DNA from: Mytilus californianus
Taxonomy: Eukaryota
DNA length: 64,000 bases
Assembly: GCF_021869535.1 (NCBI RefSeq)
Contig: NW_026262712.1
Coordinates: forward strand, 49,662,001-49,726,000
Direction: 5' to 3'
Numbering within the stretch: the first letter of the stretch is position 1; each line of letters opens with the position of its first letter. This document shows, piece after piece, positions 12,352-26,100 of this stretch. Under the pieces are notes generated by a model that saw nothing but the letters and a program-made list of their open reading frames with translations, was not told the origin of the DNA and did no database searches. A program made the position numbers and the translations under genes.

Positions 12352-15222
12352 GACTCCTATACATGTACCATTAGCTTGAGTCATATACATGTAATTAATT
12401 TTGAGACAATGAGTCCTATACATGTACCTAATATTGAGTCCTATACATGTACCTCATCTTGAGTCTAAAACATGTACCTCATCTTGAGTCCTATACATGT
12501 ACCTCATCTTGAGTCTTATACATGTACCTGATATTGAGTCCTATACATGTACCTGATATTGAGTCCTATACATGTACATGTACCTAATCTTGAGTCTTAT
12601 ACATGTACCTAATCTTGAGTCTTATTAATCTTGAGTCTTATACATGTACCTAATCTTGAGTCTTATACATGTTCCTAATCTTGAGTCTTATACATGTACC
12701 TAATCTTGAGTCTTATACATGTACCTCATCTTGAGTCTTATACCTGTACCTCATCTTGAGTCTTATACCTGTACCTCATCTTGAGTCTTATACCTGTACC
12801 CCATCTAGAGTCCTATACATGTACCTCATCTTGAGTCTTATACCTGTACCTCATCTTGAGTCCTATACATGTACCTCATCTTGAGTCTTATACCTGCACC
12901 TCATCTTGAGTCCTATACATGTACCTCATCTTGAGTCTTATATCTGTACCTCATCTTGAGTCTTATACCTGTACCTCATCTTGAGTCTTATACCTGTACC
13001 CCATCTAGAGTCCTATACATGTACCTCATCTTGAGTCCTATACATGTACCTCATCTTGAGTACTAGTCCTACACATGTACCTCATCTTAGGCCTATACAA
13101 GTACCTCATCTTGAGTCCTATGCACATACCTCAACTTGAGTCCTATACACGTACCTCATCTTGAGTCCTATACACATACCTCATTTTGAGTCCTATACAT
13201 GTACCTAATCTTGAGTCTCATACATGTACCTAATATTGAGTCCTATACATGTACCTCATCTTGAGTCTAAAACATGTACCTCATCTTGAGTCTTATACCT
13301 GTACCTCATCTTGAGTCTTATACATGTACCTAATATTGAGTCCTATACATGTACATGTACCTAATCTTGAGTCTTATACATGTACCTAATCTTGAGTCTT
13401 ATACATGTACCTAATCTTGAGTCTTATACATGTACCTAATCTTGAGTCTTTTACATATACCTCATCTTGAGTCTTATACCTGTACCTCATCTTGAGTCTT
13501 ATACCTGTACCCCATCTAGAGTCCTATACATGTACCTCATCTTGAGTCTTATACCTGTACCTCATCTTGAGTCCTATACATGTACCTCATCTTGAGTCTT
13601 ATACCTGTACCTCATCTTGAGTCCTATACCTGTACCTCATCTTGAGTTCTATACATGTACCTCATCTTGAGTACTAGTCCTACACATGTACCTCATCTTA
13701 GGCCTATACAAGTACCTCATCTTGAGTCCTATACACATACCTCAACTTGAGTCCTATACACATACCTCATCTTGATTCCTATACACATACCTCATCTTGA
13801 TTCCTATACACGTACCTCATCTTGAGTCCTATACATTTACCTCATCTTGAGTTCTATACCTGTACCTCATCTTGAGTCCTATACCTGTAACTCATCTAGA
13901 GTCCTATGCACGTTCAATGTACCTCATCTAGAGTCCTATACACATACCTCAACTTGAGTCCTATACACATACCTCAACTTGAGTCCTATACACGTACCTC
14001 ATCTTGAGTCCTATACACATAGCTCATCTTGAGTCCTTTACCTGTACCTCATCTTGAGTTCTATACCTGTACCTCATCTTGAGTCCTATACAAGTACCTC
14101 ATCTTATCTAGAGTCCTATACAAGCAAGGTTGGCAAATAAGTACCTGGGCGGGAAAACCCAGGTGGGAAAACCCAGGTTTTCTCAGGCTGGGCAATACTC
14201 CCAGAAATGGGTAATACTGAGCAGTATGATTTTTTAAGGCTTATTTTTACACAGAATATAAAAACTTATTGTAGTTTCATAGTATTATAGCTAAATATAT
14301 ACATTTTATATAGATAACCATTGAGAGTCATTTCTAGAGGATTGAAATTCAATTTCTTCCTCTCCAATAATTCTATGCAGACAGAATACAAGTTTAGCAC
14401 ATTTTAGGATACCTTGTTTAATTGTTATATTATCATATTGCTAAATAAACAGCCAAAGGGGACATGTCATGAAATTTTATAGAAATGAAATGGCTGATTA
14501 TTGTTTTGTAAACAAACTGTGTTATAATCTGAAAAATTACTTTAATATCAATAAGCAATGATGTTTTTAGCAATGAACAAAGATTGTTTAAAAGTAATTT
14601 TCCTTACATGTAATTGTTGATTCTTAATAGTTATATATATTTGAAAAAATCAAATTGAATTCTTTGGCTTTATGTTAACCATTTGACCCATCTAGACAGA
14701 ATGTTAAATGAACAGATTGTTAGGATGATTATTGAGGAAAGCTTTTCATATTTGTCTAATGTGTCTTCATGTACACTTGTCTTAGAGTTGCTGGAACTTT
14801 CTCAGATTTATACACTTTATATGATAAGAGTCTCAAACAAGTGAACTTATAAATCTAAGTACTGTGTTTTATTTTTATAAATATCTTTAATGTATGGCAT
14901 TTGTGACAAATCACTGAATTCTCTTTAAAATTCAGGCCAGTATTTTATATTACCCAGTATTGTCCAGTATTACCCGGTAAAACCCAGTAAAACCTGGGTT
15001 CCCCAGTATTTCCCACTGGGCTGGGCAGTTCTCATAATACTCAGGTTTTTTCCAACCCTGTATACACATACCTCATCTAGAGTCCTATACACATACCTCA
15101 TCTAGAGTCCTATACACATACCTCATCTTGAGTCCTATACACATACCTCATCTTGAGTCCTATACACATACCTCAACTTGAGTCCTATACACGTACCTCA
15201 TCTTGAGTTCTATACATGTAAC
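12352..15222 (+). repeat. 25-bp minisatellite (consensus ctatacatgtacctcatcttgagtc), about 75 units, interrupted at 14125-15060
   Basis: catgt recurs at 12421, 12446, 12471; the array runs about 12352-14124 and resumes at 15061-15222. Confidence 0.95.
14125..15060. mobile_element. hAT-like non-autonomous DNA transposon (936 bp)
   Basis: Imperfect TIRs caaggttggcaaa / tttccaaccctg; clustered subterminal aaaaccca and cccagta motifs at both ends; 8-nt phase duplication of the host repeat (tatacaag / tatacaca). Confidence 0.75.
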
Positions 15223-16077
15223 TAAGCACAAAATTGAATTTGTTTATTTGAAGTTTACAAAAATAATTCAATCCCCTGCAAAATCAAACAATGGATTTCA
15301 AAATTAGTTTTAACTATATGTCTGCACTTAACTGGCATTTAGGAATAATAGTAAAGACTTTGGTTATCTTTTGAGCTATGTAATAATTTCATGTACATTA
15401 AACATCTAGCCATTGCTTGTTGAGATTGGTTGGAAGATTTTCCTACTAACTATAAGACATTCATTCAAGGATTATATTCAATTGGTGAATTTTATCGAGT
15501 GCATAGGGTGCACCTAAATTCACTTTGTCAGTACTATACAGTTAAAGACCGTAGCACACACTTCAAAATCATCATAGCATAAAAACAAATATATTAAGTA
15601 AACAAGTTTGACAAACAGTTGATTGGGTAGGTATTTATAGTTCTGTTTACATTCACTACACATCAATGTGTTTTTTCAAGCTCAACTTTCAAATTGCAAT
15701 CCCCAGCTGCCAAAAAACTATTGATATATCTGTGGGAAGATTCTCTCATGGACACATTAGAACATGTGTTTTCAATTCAAACAGATAACCATAGACATGA
15801 TCAAGATGTTTTCTTCCAGTCACGATCTTATCTACTCTTATGTCACTACCTCTGAGCACATCACTGCCAAGCATTAAATTATAATAAATGTGAATCATTG
15901 AAGCTTTTATTGCAGCTTAAAAGCACATTTTTATTTTATCAGGAATTAGAATCAGCATTTCTGCAAAAACTGCTGATTTTTTAATGATTTTATGAACTAA
16001 TTGAAATTCTTACATCATACTGCATCAGGTACAACACAGTATCAGATTAGTAAAGACAGTAAAATATATAATTTACT

Positions 16078-16400
16078 ATGACCTTGACCTCATTTTCATG
16101 ATTCATTGGTACATGTAAATGTTAAGTTTTCATGGTTAGGTCCAATTCACAGATGCCATAAGCAATAAGTGAACTATATTTTGGTGTATGGAATGAACAC
16201 AAGTTGTGTATGACTGTCTAACAGGGTTCATCTGACCTTGACCTCATTATCATGGTTATTTGGTCTATTAAGTTTTCACTATTAGCTAAAGGTCATCTGT
16301 ATTTGGTTTATGGAATCATTCTAAGGTGTACATGTCTGCCTGGCAGGGTTTATCTGGCTTTGACCTCATTTTCATAGTCATAGGTTAATGTTAAGTTTTA
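16078..16400. repeat. Degenerate tandem repeat fragment (tgaccttgacctcattttcatg, about 2.5 units of 125-155 bp), probably a HINE interior
   Basis: Motif recurs near 16078, 16233 and 16357. Confidence 0.55.
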
Positions 16401-18329
16401 TATTTGATGAAAAGGGTATGCAGAGGCATAACAAAAGAGATAAGAAAAATATGCATTATTTTTTAGTATTTCTCCATTTTATCTTTATGTTCATTCTGAA
16501 ATCTTATTGCTTGAATTTGCTGCTGTAGTTATAAGATAAGATATTTTATTTCCAATTATGGGCCCCAAAGGGCATAAACATTACAACATCAATAATTTTT
16601 TTCATAAAAGTTATTGTGACTACTGATAAAATCATTGCAAGATATTTTATGCACAATTTAACATTTACAAAGTATATTGACATGATTGAAGGAGAGAAAG
16701 AAGAACAGTAATGACTGATCAATTAAAAAATTGAAGAGATGCACTTGTTTGAGCCAGGATTTTCATTATAGCGAATCTTTGTAGAGAGTACAGTTAGTCA
16801 GTACACTAATCATTGTCTCGTCTTCCATAATACTGTCTTTATTAACCTCTTTAATAGATTTCATTAACGCTAATTGGATATTATATCTTGTTAAGCCACC
16901 AACTGGGTCACGTTTATCCTGAAAAATAACATTACCAGTTGTTCATTGATGAAATTATCTCAGTTGACTCCATCATTTATCATGATTACAAATGAAAAGC
17001 CCTAGCTTCAGTTGTGGATCATGCTCATTGTTTCAATTTATTTTTCTCTTTATGTATGATTGGCAACTTGGTTACTAAAAAAATCAGAATCTGATCATTG
17101 TAAGAAATGGCCAAAATGTTATGTGAATGAGCTTTTGTGGTAGTGTGTAAGCATTATGATACAGACCATGGACAACAAAGTTCTGGGTATTGTTGCAAAA
17201 ATAAGTCTAAAAGATGTAATGCCATTAACAGGCTTCCTTACAATATCAAAATCCATCTAAATCTTATTTGGTAAACATATTCTTCTTGATTAAACTAAGG
17301 CTATGACCAGTTATAGCAAAAGACCTTTAGTCATCATCTGTTGGAGTACTGGTAAATGGCAAAATAAAAAAATACACTCAAACATGAAAGCTGCAGTGAG
17401 TGACTATGATGATACTAAATACAATGTACATCCATGACATCAACAAAGTTTTATGATAAGTCTGATTCTAGAATATATCTTAAAAGATACTCTTAATTTA
17501 GCAATTATTGCAATGTTTTTATTAATGAGAAAATAAGACAATATTTGTTTCGCCATGATTGAAACTCTTGTTCCTAATTTCAGAGCGATATTATTCCTTT
17601 ACAAATTTTTTGCAATCACATTCATTAAATCTCACATTTTTACCAGTAATCAGTGATTTGCAATGATAAACATGATAAATGCATGCATACATTTCTTAAT
17701 TTACAGTAATCAGAAATGTTGGATTTAGAATCAAGTTTGCTATTCCTATTATAGTCCTAGCTTTATTGCTTGTGTATAGAAACATGTTTCTAGTTTCAGC
17801 TCATATCAACACTTAGTATGTGAAATTGATATTGCACTGTAATATTTGTTATTTATAAACTTCCAGTTAAAAGCATTTCTTATCCCTTTGTAACACTGGT
17901 CTGCTGTGCTATAAATGAGTTCTGTTTTTGATGGTGGCCAGTTAATGATTTGGGAAATGAGGAGGGCAAATGTCCAAATTGGAGTTTCTTATTGTAATTA
18001 TTGCTTTGTTTACAATTAGCAGCTTTATTATGATAAGATCAAAGGTGTTCATTAATTCATATGCCTTTTTTTATTGCAACATGTGCTTCGATCTGCAAAA
18101 GATAATTGGACTTTGGCAGGTATTTTTAGCTGACTGTTCTGGAAAAAATGGCATTATTGTTCATGTTGATCTTAAGAATTGGATGGGTCATGCAGTATTT
18201 ACCAAAAATTTCAATTTAACAAAAAAAAAACAGTGTCATAAGATCAATGTAGATAGGCAGAAAAACATGCACTAGGACAGTTTTAAGAGTTTTCAATTTC
18301 CTTTAGTTGCACAGGGTTATTGCCCAATT

Positions 18330-19333
18330 TTTATTATACGACTGCAAAAAAATTTTTGGGATCGTATAATGGTATGATGTCGTTGTCTGCGTCGTCGTCC
18401 GAAGACACAGTGGTTTCTGGACAATAACTTTAGTTTGAGTGAATGGATCTCTATGAAATTTTTTAACAAGGTTCAATACCACAAAAGGAAGGTTGGGATT
18501 GATTTTGGGGATGATGGTCCCAACCGTTTAGGAATTAGGGGCCCAGAAAGGGGCCCAAACAAGCATTTTTCTAGATTCAGGATATTAACTTGTTTATAAG
18601 TATTTCGATTGCTCTGAAATTGTACCACAATGTTTAATACCACAAGTAGAAGGTTGGGATTCATTCTAGGGGTTATGGGGCCAACAGTTTAGGAATTAAG
18701 GGCCAAAAAGGGGCCAAAAACAAGCATTTTTCTAGTTTCCAGACAATAACTTGTGTGTAAGTGTATGGATCTCTCTGACATTGTACCACAAGGTTCCATG
18801 TAACAAAGGGAAGGCTGGGATTGAGTTTGGGGTTAATTGCCCCAAACATGTAGGAATTAGGGGCCAAAAAAGGGCTAAACACAAGCATTTTTCTAGTTTC
18901 CAGACAATAACTTGTGTGTAAGTGTATGGATCTCTCTGAAATTGTATTACAAGGTTCCATACTACAAAGGAAAGGCTGGGATTGAGTTTTGGGGTTATTG
19001 CTCCAAGGGGGGGGTTCAAAAAGTTGGGAAGGGGGAGGGAATTTTTTTCCCAATTTTTTAAGGGATTCATATTTTTTTTTTCAAAATTTTTAGAATTTCA
19101 AAATTTTTGAAAAGTTTCAAGAAGAAATCTTTAATTGTACAGTATTGCGCAATGGATTTATAAGATCTTTGACCACATTTATTTTGTGTCAGAAACCTAT
19201 ATTATGTCAAAAATTTGATCACAATCCAAATTCAGACAGTATCAAGCGTGAATATTGTGTCCAAATTTGCCCCAACTGTTCAGGGTTCAACCTCTGCAGT
19301 CGTATCAGGCTGCGCTCATCGAAGCATTTTATT
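18330..19333 (+). mobile_element. HINE family C with 161-bp internal tandem repeats (3 full + 1 partial)
   Basis: 5' atacgactgc (18336-18345) is the exact reverse complement of 3' gcagtcgtat (19296-19305); units start at 18421, 18582, 18743 and 18904; homologous to 50383-52491. Confidence 0.85.
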
Positions 19334-19867
19334 CATTTTAGGAAAACAAACATTTTTAGGAATGATAAATAAAATGTTTCTTGAGTTTGATTAAGAGACA
19401 TCATATGTATTCTATGATACCTTAGAAATAAATAGGCCTCATAACATAGTTCTCAGTTTAGGATTAATATGTACTACACACAGAAATTAGTGATGATGAT
19501 GACTAAATGTTATTGGATATCATGATACTGATAATTTGTAATTACCCATGTAACATGTCACCTTACACTGGGTCGATTATTATTTAACCTTTAAAGTTCA
19601 TCCTAACATCATTTGGGGATGTTCTTCATAAGGTATAAACATGTTTCCCATCTATCAAGGGAAAAGTTATTAGTGATCTAATTAAGCATCAAACAAGTGT
19701 TTATTGATTGTATGGAAATGTTCAACATTGTCAACGGAAGCAAAGATACAAAAAGATCTGATCAAAGATACAACTAACTCTTTTGAAAAGCAAATAACAC
19801 TGAAATAAAATAAAAGCTTAAACAAACAGAAGCCAAAAGATGGAATATTGTCCCAACATTTCTGCAT

Positions 19868-20118
19868 GAAAAAAAGTAAAATAACAAAAATACTGAATTC
19901 CAAGGAAAATTCAAAACGAAAGTTCTTTATCAAATGGGAAAATCAAAAGCTCAAACACATCAAATGAATGGAAATCAACTGTCATATTCCTGACTTGGTC
20001 AAGGCATTTCCTTATGTAAAACATGGTGGATTAAACTTGGTTTTATAGCTAGCTAAACCTCTCACCATGCTCATTTGTATGACAGTTGCATAGAATTCAA
20101 TAAAATTGACAACAATGT
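19868..20118 (-). mobile_element. Mussel-type MITE-like repeat
   Basis: Reverse complement of 37884-38097 (gctagctataaaaccagg...ccaagtcagg...tttgaattttcc). Confidence 0.75.
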
Positions 20119-23015
20119 GAGAGTTATAAAGATTATATAAGGGAACATACTTCCATCTTCTTTAGAACTCATTAGTTACAGAAATTGTGTTACGCATAGT
20201 TCATAGGTAATTGTTATATATATTAATGTCATAAATATTTTATTTTACCAATTCTGTCAAGTATTTTAAGATAAATTGCAAATTAAAAAAAAAAATATGA
20301 CATCAATACCCTGGGGGATAATTATTTGCTTTCCATGTTATTTTAACTAACAATCCTATGAATCCATGATGCATCCTATTTATTAAATTTATCGATGGTT
20401 TGCCATTTTAAAGTTATAATTAGTGCACAAAAAATGTATGTATGTAATTATTTAAAGAACTGAAACCCCATTAAAAATCAAATTACTGGTATTTAGGACC
20501 ATATATTTCTATAGAATTCTGGACTATAAAGTTCTTTGAAACTTCAAACATTTCACTGAGAGATACATACTTATTAATGGCATCAAAAAAAGAGAAATAT
20601 GTTGCATGGATATTTATTTCACAATGTAAATACAGCAACAGTGTATCAGTTTTTTTTTTTTTTTTAATATGCAAATTAAGCTCAGTGATATCTGATTTTA
20701 TGAAGTATTGATTGATCTTCGAGTTGAAATTGATGGAGAATTTTTAAACTTTACTGAGCTAGGTTAATAGATCAGTGATCATTCCATGTAGAAATTGAGA
20801 AAATCGTTATTATACTATTTGTTTATTGTTGACATAAGCCATGTTAGCTGTCATGTGGGATGTGAAGATTTTAATAATTTGATTTCAGATGGTATTAATC
20901 TGTGTTCTCTTGACAAATTATGTGATCTAAGACATCATGTTAAGTGTTATGACTCAATATGAGTACTCAAGTGGAATTAGGAAACAAATTGATATCGTTT
21001 TTTTGTAAATTTTGAGGTTTTGTTCAATTTAATGTTGAAATTTTGTAAATAGGTGGGTTTGAAAGTAAACATGAAAAAAAATCTATTCCATACATGTATG
21101 TAGAAACTTTTTTTTTAATATCTTATGACAAAGCTAAAGTATAGAATTGCTAGTTAAAATTATAATAGTGCAAGCATTGATTGAGGAGGACAGAAAGTGC
21201 AATCTATTAAATGGTGCCATGTTGGCCAGATGCACAAGTATCTTCATAATATCAAAAGAAGAAAGGCGATGAAAATAAGATTTATCTATTGGTGCCGATC
21301 TTGTAATATTACTTTTGTCTAAGGAGATGGGGGAAATTAGTTTAATATTAATAAATGTGATTCATTTACAACTCTATCCTGTAAACAGCAGGTGATTATG
21401 GTTCGGCCTCTAATTGAAAGTGAACGGATTAAACGATAAGTTTATTTGTATAACTTCTACCTCTGTTAGATATCTGTGGAATCGGTGAAGAAGCTTCATC
21501 CTGTATCTGTTTTTATCATCATCAAAACAAAAGTTAAATGAATATGTTATGTGCGATTGCTTAACCTAGAAAAGGTTAAACAGATATTAACGCACTGAGT
21601 CAGTGTCGAGTTAGCCAGAGGCATTTTACTGTTGGAAAATATTAATGGTGTAACTCTGATTTGATGCTGATAATAGATATAGACTAATAACATATAATAT
21701 TCTAAAAGAAGAATAGCTGGATGTGCGTTTTGAATTGTTTACTAGCCATTGGTGATTTTCTGCTTTGGACTTAGGTCGTTTTTCCAGTTTTGATGATTGC
21801 TTTGGGAATTCATTCTTGATTCTGGATTATACATAGCTTCTAGATATAGTTGTAATTTCCTGGACGTATATATTATAATTATATATAAAATTTTCATTGA
21901 TATATCAGACTGTTCAGTTTCTTATTTCAACAGTTTTTGTACTTTTGATGCAAATATTGGCCATTATTTCCTGATTCTTTACAAATTCAAGGGATTGGAA
22001 ATAGACCAATTTGCACATATCTATTTTCATTTAGACTGGAATAGTAGTCTAACACATATATTTTAGGAATTACCGTTCAAATTGACAGGAAAAAAGAACT
22101 CTTTATGCTGAGGCTTATTACATTCATCTCTGATTAGGTATTTATCAATAAGAAATAGACATTCTTGATCAATCAACATCAATTTCAAGATCTGTTTCAT
22201 GAAAGTTATTCAGCATCAAATGAGGAATTTCATTTTGATCTACCAAGTACAATGAAATATTGACAGATACTGTAAATTAAGTCACAAACGGCTCTATAGT
22301 TGGACAGATTAGACAATGAAACGGATTTCTTCACTTGTTGTCCAACTTCAGACCAACTTTGTGAAATGATATATATATAATATGTCTGCTTGCTAGAAGA
22401 CACATTTTTTTTTTAAATCAGTATATGTAGACTTGATGAGAACTGGAAAACTGATACAATATTTCCAATTAAAATTTTATTGTATTGATTTTAAATTGGA
22501 AATTTTTTTCATTGATAATTAGAAGGAAGTTAGTTTTATTGAAATTTGACAATTCCGACCTGCGATTGATTTCACTACAAGGAAGGTCAAACTCTTTGAT
22601 TCATTATTTAGACAAGCTTCTCTAAAGTGGAGATAAATTTCTTGCTGTGCAGAGGAGAAACATGAGAAGATAAAAGTTTTTCACTTTTTTACATTATTTC
22701 AGAATATCAGATGATTTCAGGTGCACAGTGAGTTATGTTAGATAAATCCTATCTTTTTTCATTGGTTGATGATTAGGTAATATTCATACCTATACATTCA
22801 GGAAGGAAATAATCTATCCAGAAATACAAAAACTAGGATATTTGATATAGAAGTACATTTCAGATTACTGCATTATTCGTATTTCTGTGAATGCCAGCTG
22901 TTTGAATCATTAGGATTATTTATTGTTTAAAATACAACATCTGTGATTTAATAAAAAAAGTGAATTTTAGAATTAATTGATTGCTGTAAAAAAAAACTTG
23001 ATCAGAAACGGAAAC

Positions 23016-23135
23016 ATGTCTGATGAAAATATTAGGTACAGGCATTCAGCTGGGTCCAATGGTCGAAATGGTCATCGCCCTGCCAGTGCCGGAATTTATT
23101 GTTCTCTGTGGGAATCTAAGCTTCATGAAATCATG
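23016..23135 (+). CDS. PPFIBP1: Liprin-beta candidate alternative first coding exon (MSDENIRYRHSAGSNGRNGHRPASAGIYCSLWESKLHEIM)
   Basis: 40 open codons from ATG; in-frame TAA upstream at 22974-22976; ends ATG|GTAAGG in phase 0, matching the next exon; more GC-rich than its flanks. No homology recognised. Confidence 0.6.
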
Positions 23136-26100
23136 GTAAGGGGTTTTTGACTTAACGTTCATAACTTGCATTCTTCATGATATTGTACAATTTTCTTCTT
23201 ATTGGAGATAAACTTAAGTTTGTCAAAATAGATTTCAAACAGAGATTGGAAGCAACAATATTACTAATGGGTCATAATACATCATTATTTTTTAAGGTTA
23301 TGCAGTTTATAGAGCTCCTAAATTCTGAAAATATCCATATAAACTTACTGGTCCTTGAAATAAACTTGTTCTTTACGGTTATCAATTTCACATTGCAGTA
23401 AGATCTTGTGAAAAGTGAGTTTTCTGGTACTAACACTGATTTTATTTTCCTCAGATCAATACATAACTTAACATATATATATTGCTATCCACTGATTATC
23501 ACTTATGGTCCTGCAAGTGTGTTCACTCCAATCTTAATTGAATAGGATTGCCAGTTTTCCTGCCAAAGGGCAGTGGTTGTCTCAGGGCACTTCATCTCCC
23601 TCCATTATGAAAAACTGGCCGTCACAAAATAATCAATAATGCTGAAAGTGTCATTAAGCCACCAAAAATCATCAAATTAAATCCTGTCAATACTTATATT
23701 TTGCCATTGTAAAAATTCATGCTTTTTCCAGACTGCTTTTTATGTCTAAAGTAAAGACTTTATGCTAAATCTGTTTGGGGGTGAACTGATTGATATGTCT
23801 TGGAAAACTTTAAATGAAATTTTGCTTTTAGCTAGCTTTTATTTTTGAGTGTACCCTTTATGTTGGTTCTTTATGGTTGCTATTTATGCTTAGTAATGAT
23901 CTGATGATTCTTATCTTTTTTTCAATTGTTATTTACAGTTTGTTGTCTTTATACTGTTGTTTTACTGTTACCCCAGGGGAGAGTTTTGAGTGCATAAACT
24001 TATTTAACCCTGCCACATTCTTTGCCAGTCCTATGCCTTATCCTATGGTGGATAGTTGCCTCATTGTCAATAATACCACTTCTCCTTATATTATATGTCA
24101 AGGTAACAGCACTGTTATTCCTGTAGCTCATGTCAAAAGTGCTGGATCACCTTAGTTTTTACAAGTTGTGTCCTTCCCTGAAGTGTGGGGGTTTACAGGG
24201 ATGATCATTAGTTGGTTTAGACCAAAGCTAATAATATACATGTTTCTTGCTGCTTTTCAGCCAAGAACAATACATACAAGTGAAAGTATTTACTATTATA
24301 GCTGAATATAGGTTACATTAACATTTTATCATATAAATAAAGGCAACAGTAGTATACTGCTGTTCAAAAGTCATAAATCAAGGAATAAAAGGAAAACAAC
24401 GGAACAACAGAAACACTAAACTGCAACTAAAACAAATGCCAACATACATAGAAACTGTATAAAATTGTATCTATCTGTCTATAATCACATTCTAGCTTGT
24501 ATAGAATATTTCTAATGAAAATTCAAATTCTTGTAACTTTTAGCTTCTTTATTTACTTTCTAACCCCCATTATTGGCAATTAATGTCTCATAATGTTTTG
24601 TTTAAGAGTTGTTGTTTATTAGTTAAGGAAAAATGCCAGATCGACATGACCTCATTTCATGGTTGATTGATATTTTAATTGGTTTTACAAGTAAGCATGC
24701 ATGAGGCATTGTAACATTTTGTAATTGATGATTAACTGTAAAATAATTGAAATAACATAACATCAATTTGAATATTAGCAACAAATTGCTTAACAAAAGA
24801 CAATGCATGTAAAACTGCAATATTCTAAATCTGCAATTGATTTTGAATTTAAACTGCATTAAAATCCATACAAGGCACACAATACTTAATTGTAATTTCA
24901 GATTGACGTTTATAATATAAATCTGAAAGGTGTTGAAAAATTAACTTTAAGAAAAATTGAATTAGCTATATGATCTGCGAATTGTAAATACATTGTTTTA
25001 AAAGTAACCAGTTGAAATAGGGCTTGCTGTCTTTCTGCACAATAGGGACAGGAGTAAACCAAAATCAGGAAATTTGTTACACAAAGTTACACAAAGTTAA
25101 GGAATACATCAATATCTGGGAATTTGTTTTAATATTGCAGCAACATCAAGCAATCTGTTACAGGAGTACAGCAAAATTAATAAATTTGTATACAGGAGTA
25201 CAGCAAAATAAGATAATTGGTTACATACAAACAGCAAGGTCAGGAAATTTGTTACAGGAGTACAGCAAAATGAGGAAATTCAAAATCATTTGTTGGTAGA
25301 GTTAAAGGTAATTTAAGAACTGTACCTTCTCCTTACAGGAACTTCTTACAAGAACATCATTGGAAACACACAAGTTAGATCTAATGGCAGAAATCTCCAG
25401 TCTGAAGATCAGATTGGCATCTGCAGACAAAGACAGAAGAGATTTAGATGACAGGTTACGAATTTCACAGGTATGAAACATTACAGGTTAACATATAAGC
25501 ATCACAAAAAGGTTTGAAACATGTTAAAGTGTTCATATTGTATTGCAAGGATTGCCACTCATAATCTCACAAGTTATTGATTTATAGTTGTAACTAAAAA
25601 TCCACTGGCAATTATTTCATGCACATTCAAGGTGACTGAAGTTAAGGGGATTGGAGATTTAAATAAAAAAAAACTGCAAAGCAAGATTGAGAACAAAGCT
25701 AAGCCAAAATATAGCAGATAGATTTCAGAATGTAAGAATTCACAACACAGAGAAATATTTTCATGAAGATTTTAAAGTTTGCATAATCATGTAAGCTGAC
25801 AGTCATGACAGTAATGCTAGAAAAATAACATATCATTGTAGATCACAGCTATATCATAATATACAAGTCATGTTATTGCTTTTTATTGCAATTATAGCAG
25901 TATATATAGGGATTATATTTTCCTATTTTCGCAGTTACACATCAACAACAAAATACTTAGTAGTTCTGATTTGTATCAAAGTTTTTAAGTGCAAAATTAA
26001 TATCAATGAATTGATCAGACTCATATATTGATGTTAACTGATTTTACATGATTACCTCAAATGAATAAAAATTGTCATATATGATCGCTTTAAAAGAGTT

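Noticed and set aside
12352-15222. CRISPR-like appearance of the 25-bp array and of the 160-192 bp arrays
   Set aside because: Units are head-to-tail with no unique spacers, there are no cas genes, and the context is eukaryotic and intron-rich.
16682-16745. MIEGEKEEQ, loosely like the liprin-beta LEGDKESL motif
   Set aside because: Immediate stop codon, no splice sites, and no further similarity.
18473-19070. ORFs of 63-126 aa on the minus strand (also 50518-50751 and 51070-51297)
   Set aside because: They are translations of the 161-bp tandem repeat; the peptides repeat with the unit and differ in frame between copies.
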